From the NCBI RefSeq assembly GCF_009914755.1, contig NC_060933.1: 64,000 bases of DNA. One strand, written 5' to 3'. This stretch comes from the human T2T-CHM13v2.0 reference genome, Homo sapiens. The notes beneath the pieces are model-generated. The model did not search any database and was not told the DNA's origin. It saw only the letters and a list, made by a program, of their open reading frames with translations. This document shows, one piece after another, positions 54,681 through 64,000 of the stretch. Both the position numbers and the translations under genes were made by a program. Positions within the stretch are counted from its first letter, which is position 1. The number at the start of each line of letters is the position of its first letter.

Positions 54681-54979
54681 TTATAATTTTTCTTACTTTC
54701 AGTAAAACCTTCTTTGCTGATGCATCATTCATTAATTCATTAAATGTATTGTGTTTTGTATGGGAAAACAATGATGCCAAAGTGTCTATAGCTATATAGT
54801 CTGATATGTGCTATAATAAGAATTTGGAAAAAGTATTATTGGTTCACAAAGGCAGAAATTTAGGAGGTTAGATACATTTAAAGTAAAATTTGATTAAAAA
54901 GTGTAAACTTAAATAGATTAAGATAACATGGGGTGTTTGTAAAATATATTAGTAAAATACAATGACATACCCAAAGTCC

Positions 54980-55407
54980 TGTTAAATCAAATTAAATATG
55001 GCCTGAGAAAAATGCCATACTTCTATATTTCAGTCCTTGTGAATGAACTGCAACCTAACTCAATAGGTACACAAGACTAAAACCTAACTTAGGAATATGC
55101 GCCTGTAACAATCGCTGAGTCTTGGCCAATTCCAGCAGCCATACTTCAACTAGTCGCATACAGCTGAGTGTTCAAATAAAGCAAGTGCCAAGCCGTAACC
55201 AATCCAGCTGTTTCTGTACCTCACTTCTGATTTCTATACGTCACTTTACTTTGTATTGTCTATAAATTCATTCTGACCATGAGACACCCCTGGAGTCTCT
55301 CTGAATCTGCTGTGATTGTGGGGGCTTTCCAATTTATGAATCATTCATTACTCAATTAAACTGTAAATTTATTTTGGCTGAAGGTTTTTTTTTTTTTTTT
55401 TTTAGCA
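54980..55407 (+). mobile_element. MER57 (A/B-like) ERV1 solo LTR
   Basis: tgttaaatcaaattaaatatggcctgag...gtaaccaatccagctgtttctgtacctcacttc...; exact TSD GTCC. Confidence 0.9.
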
Positions 55408-57519
55408 GTCCTCACCATAATGATCCATACACGTAAGTGTCTAATATAATCTTTCTAGCTTTCTTTTTTGGTTGTGTTTAGTCATACTGTTGCTGATTCA
55501 GCTTTGTATAAAATGTCAGAGCAAAATGACTATCAATAATACAGAGATCTGCAAGAATTCCCACACAGGTGAAATATGCATGGTGGAAAGAGGCAATTCT
55601 TAAGGCAAAGAGCCAAGCATGTACCAAACACCAATGCCCTTGCATACCAAAGCTAAAGATTCTACAATTTGCCAAAGATAAGAATGTAACTTTCACAACA
55701 GCAAGGACCTCATATATTGTCTTATTATATATCCCTAAAATCTAGCACAGTGTTGAATAAGAGGAAGTAGAAATAATTTTGAGAAGGAATTAAACATGTA
55801 TTTGTAGAAGTCAAGTCTTACCCATTGAAAAAGTATCTCCCCCATATTTGTAATTCATTAAATTGTTTGGAAGGGAAAAGAAACTAAAGGGAATACTCCA
55901 TAGGGAAAGTTGTTTCAGAAATTATGCAAATTTATTCTAATAACTAAGAAATAGTGAAAATGTATTAGAAATGTTAGGTAGAGGCACATTTCAGATTTAG
56001 ACTAAGGTGCAAATGGCTTTCTACTTAATGATAGAGAAAAGCATAAATAAAAGTACATTGTATACATGAAATGGTTTTGTTTGAATTGGGTATAGAATAT
56101 CAAATGAGAAATATATAGTAAGGAATTGAATATATGGAAATACAGATATAGACGGCCAGAGCACCTACTTGTAGCTCTTGATAGCAGAATTATCAGTCAA
56201 CTGAAAAGATATTTTAAGACCTCCAAGAATAAGTAGATAATTTCTATTCTGTATTTTGTTAATGAAAGAAAACCAGGGTAATAACTGCTTGAATTTTCAT
56301 CACTAGCATGTTTCCTACATACATAAACATAGTGAGTAGTGAGTATATTCACACATAAAGTAACAAAGAATTATAGTAAACCCCAACATCCAATCGGGAA
56401 AAATGTTGTAACTCTATATATTCATTAAATTGTTCACAAACTGACATCTTTTAGCATATAATATGGTTTCCTTTAGCTTGTTAAAGAGCATGGACTCATG
56501 ACTAAAACATAAGAACACCCAATGAAGCTCAACTAAATCAATTCAACTATGAAAAATAAACTGACTAGTGATCATCTCTTTATTATTATTGAAAGAATAA
56601 CTTACAAGTAAAAACATTCAATTTTTGAAAACAGCTTTATATTTATTGAATTTATGCATATAACGTTAGTTGCATTTCAAAATAAAATGGCTGCCTTAAA
56701 AGTGATGCAAAATTACATATTTATACATTCTCTGAATTAAGCAGGATTAATTGAAAAGTGGATATGAAGGCATGACTGCAAGCTACAAATTGAGCCTATT
56801 TTTAGTAACTTGCTCTAGCTGAGATGTTATATGTTCAGATTTGTTGACACGAAGCTTTATTGAGAAGCATTACTTATTCCCAATAACTCAAGGAGGAGCC
56901 TGTTTTGGGAGGAAAAACCACATCAAGTATGTTTTGTTGAATCAAGAGGATTTTATTTTTAGAAAAGTACTAATGATTTTTTCTGAAAATGTGACTATTT
57001 TGAAATCTAAGAAAAATCAAATATTTGATACTTAACGTAATTTGCAACTTGACATAAAACTACTCAGTTTAGTTGGTCATAATATACTCATTCCTAACTT
57101 ATTCCACTTTACAAAAAAAGTAAAAGAAAAGCATAAATAAATAAATAAGGAAAGAGAAACAAACAAACAAAAAACATTGGAAACTGATGAGGTAACAATT
57201 TATAGAATCAAGGATTAATTTCCACCAATTATGGCATGAATAAAACTAATCAACTAAAATATATTTTAAAAATCAAGAAGATAGTAGGAAAACAGCTCCC
57301 TGAGGACCCCTGGAACAGTAATTAGGCAGGCACTCTTTGCCTGTTGGACATTACCATTTTCTTTAATGTTTGTATGAAACGATGCCAATTTATCTTTAAG
57401 CAATTTATCTTTAAGTTGCTAAAGTGATGCAAACGGCTGTCATGTAACAATCACCAAGAGAGGACCCATTCTAGTTCACAAACTGCCCTGATGCTTTTTA
57501 TAAAAAACAATCCACTTCA

Positions 57520-58690
57520 GGATAATGTGTTGTTCCTGGTTTCTATGTCTCTTTAACTTCTTTAAATCAGAAGCATTCCATAGTCCTTCTTCAACCTTCA
57601 TAGCATCCTAAACATTTTTTGAAGGTAATATGCCAATGGATTCTATTTTTAGAATGTCTCCCAATTTTGATTTGTCTGGTGTTTTCTCATAATGAGGTGT
57701 CAAGACATGCATTATTGGCAATAAAATCACCAACATGATGCTATGCTCTTCTTATCATATTTCTTCAGGTTATATATGAAATTAATTTTTCCCATCAGCG
57801 GTGATTTTAATTGTGATCATTTGAAAGGTAATGTCTTCCAGATTTCTCTATTGCAGAGGTACTCCTCATTTTCTTTATATTAATATAACATGACATAAAA
57901 TGATATTTTTTACATATAGACTATCTATTGTATACATGTATATACACATGTAATTAATCTAAAATTAAGTGTTTTGCGGAGAGATACTTTGAGAGTGTGA
58001 AAATATCCCATTTCTTCTCCAACATTTACCCACTAGGTTTAGCATCCATTGATGCCTCAACACTCAATCAAATACAATGTGAAAATTTTCAAATGATAAT
58101 TTTTTAACATACAATATCAACCCTTTTCCTTTTATTGGTTGGCACTCTGTGGGAAAATAATAGTGTTTCCTTCTTTTATTCATTCATTAATTCATGGATT
58201 TATCTCACGTGGACCCATGGATTCCTATTTCTTTCAGTGGCCCATGATCTGTTCCTTTACTTATTTTATTGATTCAGTTTTGCTAATTTTGCTAGTAGGA
58301 ACTATTCAAGTTTCTCAGCTCTTTTAACATGTCTTTCTTAGCATTTGAGCACTCCCTTATTTTCCTTGTTTTTTTTTTAATCTCAGATTATGAATAGTTA
58401 TTGCAAATCTATCAAAATATACTGGATTTCTGTATATTATTATTATATCCTGTGATCTAGATAAACACACAATTTTACTAACTTTTTTGCAAATATCTTT
58501 TTTATTTTCTGCACAGAATATAATAATATCTGTGAAGAAAGACATCTTTCTTTCTAAATTGTATGTATTCTTACCTCTCTCATTGCATTGCTAAGACGTG
58601 TAGTATAAGCTTCAAAAGAATTTATCAGAGCAAGCATGCTTGTCTTTTTCTAGGTATCGGGGCAAAAATATTCAGTCACCTTAATGTTAT
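57520..58690 (-). mobile_element. Old L1MC/ME fragments
   Basis: tagaatgtctcccaattttgatttgtctg...gagatactttgaga...tctgtgaagaaagaca. Confidence 0.6.
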
Positions 58691-59386
58691 TGGAAAGTTA
58701 ATGTCCATAGTATAAACCTTAGAGCACCTAACAGGACAAAATAAGCAAAAACATATGACTAATAATCTATTAGTTGAAATAAAATAAAATTCAAAATTAA
58801 ACACTTAATCCAAGGTAAAGCATCAAAAGTGGAAAATAGTAATAAAGAACAGATTAAATTTTATGGAAAATAAATTTTATGATAGTAGATTTAAGGCCAA
58901 AATATAGATAACAATATTAAATATAAGTAGTCTAAAACTACTATTTAAAGTAAGAATTTTAAGACTAAATTTAAAAAGTAATGTTAAATCAATATAAAGA
59001 CAAAGATTGGTCAGAAAAAATAGGTTGAAGATAGCTGTACTTCACCATGATACAGTAAGAGGAAATAAACTAAATTCTTTACAAAACAAACAAACAAAAA
59101 ACAAAACAACACACACACAAATAAAAACTAACTGCAGACAAAATATCATCAACAGTGATTTTTTAACCATTGACAAGAAGCTGAGGATGCTGATCCCTGA
59201 TAAAAGAAAAAATAAAATCTTATTCCAAGCTTTCTCTCAGTTTCCAGAAGACACAGTGAAAGGATAATCCAAAGAAAGGATAACTCTCCCTGTATATTGA
59301 GAAATTGAAGATTGGGGCTTAGAAAGGAAAATTTAGCTAGAATTGCAGAGCTAAATAGAAGAGAGAGAACATTTGCACAGAGATGG

Positions 59387-59734
59387 TGATATGGTATGGC
59401 TTTGTCCCCACCCACATCTCATCTTGAATTCCCATGTGTTGTGGGAGGGACCAGGTGGGAGATAATTGAATCATGGTGGCAGGCCATCCCATCCTCATGA
59501 TAGTGAATAAGTCCCACAAGATCTTACGGTTAAATAAGAGGGAGTTTTTCTGAACAAGCTCTCTCTTTGCCTGCCGCCATCCATGTAAGATGTGACTTGC
59601 TCTTCCTGGCCATCTGCCATGATTGTGAGGTTTCCCCAGCCATGTGGAACCATAAGTCCATTAAACCTCTTTCTTTTGTAAATTTCCCAGGCTGGGGTAT
59701 GTCTTTATCAGTAGGATAAAAACGGATGAATACA
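59387..59734 (+). mobile_element. THE1 solo LTR
   Basis: tgatatggtatggctttgtccccaccca...taattgaatcatgg...aacggatgaataca. Confidence 0.93.
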
Positions 59735-59749
59735 GGAATATAGGAAGTG

Positions 59750-60600
59750 TCTGCTTTTTCCTGGCTTTTATCTTTGCCTGTAACATTCCACCCCAGAGGC
59801 TCACATGGCTTCTCCTTTCTCTTCAAGTCTTGCTAATCATTCCTTGTTGATTCCTTAAAATCAACACATATAAATGTGTATCCCTTTCTTAAACAAGAGA
59901 TCCCTTTCATCCTTTACCTTTCTGTATTTGTTAGTAGAATTAACCATCTGCTAGTATACTATAAAATTTACTTATGTATTATATATATTATCTATTCTAG
60001 TGATATGATTGGGCTCCTTTCCCACACAAAATCTCATCTTGAATTATAATCAGATTTATAATCCCCATGTGTTTGGGGAGGGACCTCCAGGAGGTGATTA
60101 GATCATGGGGTGGTTCTCCCACGTTGTTCTCGTGATAGTGAGTGAGTTCTCATGAGATTTGGTGGTTTCATAGAAAGCTTTTACCCCCTTCACTCTGCAC
60201 TTTTCCTTCCTGCCACAATGTGCAGAAGGACATGGTTTGCTTCCCCTTCTGGCATGATTGTAAGTTTTCTGAGGCCTCCCCAGACCTGCAGAATTGTGAG
60301 TCAATTAAGCCTCTTTCCTTTATATATTAACCAGCATCTAGCAGCTCTTTATAGCAGTGTGAGAACGGACCAATACAACAAGTGAACAGGTATTTTTGCT
60401 TATTGTCCATTGTCAAAACCACTTATTTATTTTTACATTGACTATTGTCTATCTTCTATGGTTTGTTACCTCCAACAATAAGGTAATCAAGGGTCAAAAT
60501 TTTTTGTTTATTCAGTAAAATGCTCTCAGTGAATTGGGCATTGGGTGGCACAGAGTAAGTATTTAATGTATCTATTAATTTTGTATATAAATGAATAAAT
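59750..60600 (+). mobile_element. L2 3' fragment split by a MaLR LTR
   Basis: ggctcacatggcttctcc...ttcaagtcttgct...taagtatttaatg...aaatgaataaat. Confidence 0.5.
60001..60377 (+). mobile_element. THE1D/MSTA-like solo LTR
   Basis: tgatatgattggg...gtgatagtgagtgagttctca...tttatagcagtgtgagaacggaccaataca. Confidence 0.9.
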
Positions 60601-60779
60601 TTTCTAAATTTTGCTAATAATGTTAATAGAAGACCCAAAAAGTATAATCAGTAAATTAGTTGTATTTTGAAGAAAAAAAAGTTAATCTATGTAACAAATT
60701 TATGTAAAAATTCTCAGGATATACACTTGAGTAATAATCACTGTAACATTTACCTATTTAAAAAGAATGAAATTTAACA

Positions 60780-62465
60780 GTGAAGGCACCTGAGTCTGGA
60801 ATTTGTTTCCCCTAAGAAGGTATTAAATTAAAATTCAGTATCTTTAATAAATCTAAAGATATGAAGAAATTTAATTTATTCTAGAGTAATTGTAAAGATT
60901 ATTTTGCTAACCATACAATTTATTCAACCATTATCAAATTTATTGGCATAAAGTTTTTATAATTTATGTTATTATCATTTCGATATTTGTAGTATCTTTA
61001 CAACACCCACCATCTTCCCAACCTTGCCCACTTTATTTCCTGAAAGTGGTTGCTGACAGATTTCTGTCTTTGTATCTTTCTCAGACTATCTAGAATTTAA
61101 TTCATTTTATTCCTTTTATCAAAGAATCAGATTTAAATTTCATCTTTTCCTTTTGTATTTCTGTTATGTCTTTATAAAATTTTAGTTTTTCTCTATATTT
61201 TACTTTCTACTTCTTGTTTAATTTGGTTTTATTTTCACTTTTTCAGGTAGACATTTGTGTCATTAATTTTAGACATTTCTCCTTTTTCTAATACAAACAT
61301 TAAAAACTTCGTATTTCTCCAAAGGAATCCTGAAGTTGTAGTGTTTTTATTTTTATCCAGACCAAAATACTTTCTAATTTATCTTTTGATTTACTATTTG
61401 CTATAAGGCATCATTAGAAGTTTATTATATCTAAATATTTGGGGATTTCATTGTAGTTTTGGTTTTTTATTTTAAATTTAATTCTATTGGGTCAGAGAAC
61501 ATACTCTCCATGATCTAATCCTGTTAAATTTGTTGAAACTTTATTATTTGTTGCCTAACATGTGATGAATGTCAGTGCACTTGGAAAATAAAATAAGTTT
61601 TTGCTGTGTTGAGTATAATATTCTATGCATCCTAGAACTTGTTAGGTTATAATGTCATTAAATTTGTAGATATTTTCTTTAAAATTTTTTATTTACTTGT
61701 TTAATGATATCAGAAAATAGTTTTCAAATCTTTAAATATATTGTGGATTTGTATATTTTTCTTTTCAATTCTGTAAGTTTTTGGCTTGAGTATTTTAAAT
61801 GCAGAATTGTTTGTTAATGTGTGAAAAAACATTTTGCATTATCAGGTTCTCTTGATGAATTGGACCAATTATATTGATCTTTATCCTCCTAAAAATATTT
61901 CTTGATTTGCGGCCCATTTTGTCTGATATTAATAAAAGTCTTCAGTTTTTATATACTTAGTAGTTATACCATAGAAATACTGCCATCCTCTTATCTTAAA
62001 AGACTCCAGAAATTTGAACTTTCATGTAAAATATTTTCAATATTAATTTATAATATTTTATAACATTACATAGTAATTTTGAAAAAAAATATTTGTTATT
62101 TATATAAAAAGCCTATGGAGATTTGGACTGATATTGCAATTAATCTAGAAATCAACTTATTAGAACTACCTTCTTAACACTATAAAGCATTCAAATTATT
62201 GAACTTGGTTTATCTCTCCATTTATTTAGGTCTGCCTTAATGTCTCTCAGCACTGTATTGCAGTTTTCTAAGTATCGAACAGAATGGTTCATAGTGGATA
62301 TTTTTGCATTCTTTCTTATAGTAGGAGGAACCATTTGGTATTTCACTATATTAACTATTTTTATATATGTTTATTACTTTTGAAATAATTTGTTTCTCTT
62401 GCCTACTTTTCTGTAAGTCTTTATTATCAATATGTGTAAAATGTCATCAAATGCTTTTCTACTTT
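60780..62465 (-). mobile_element. Old L1M ORF2 fragments (antisense)
   Basis: ttattggcataaagt...ggtcagagaacatactc...ttgtctgatattaata...tgtcatcaaatgcttttct. Confidence 0.7.
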
Positions 62466-62476
62466 TAATAAAATAA

Positions 62477-64000
<1,524 letters not shown>

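Overview
AT-rich primate genomic DNA, most likely human or great ape given AluY and a young L1PA. I recognise no host protein-coding exon, RNA gene or CRISPR array. The window is a layered transposable-element graveyard. It holds Alus (J, S, Y), L1s (a near full-length L1PB4-like copy and a 5'-truncated young L1PA with a 406-codon ORF2 stretch), a complete THE1 element, a MER83-like ERV1 provirus, many solo LTRs, hAT MITEs and old L2/MIR/L1M relics. The most notable structure is a very old class III (ERV-L/HERV-S-like) provirus at ~821-8085. It has two alignable ~300-bp LTRs, a tRNA-Ser(CGA) primer-binding site and protease/RT remnants. Its 3' pol blocks (dUTPase-like, RNase H, integrase) appear out of canonical order. 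All family names are from recalled consensus sequences, not from a search, so subfamily calls and the boundaries of old repeats are approximate. I found no evidence of a new functional biological system.
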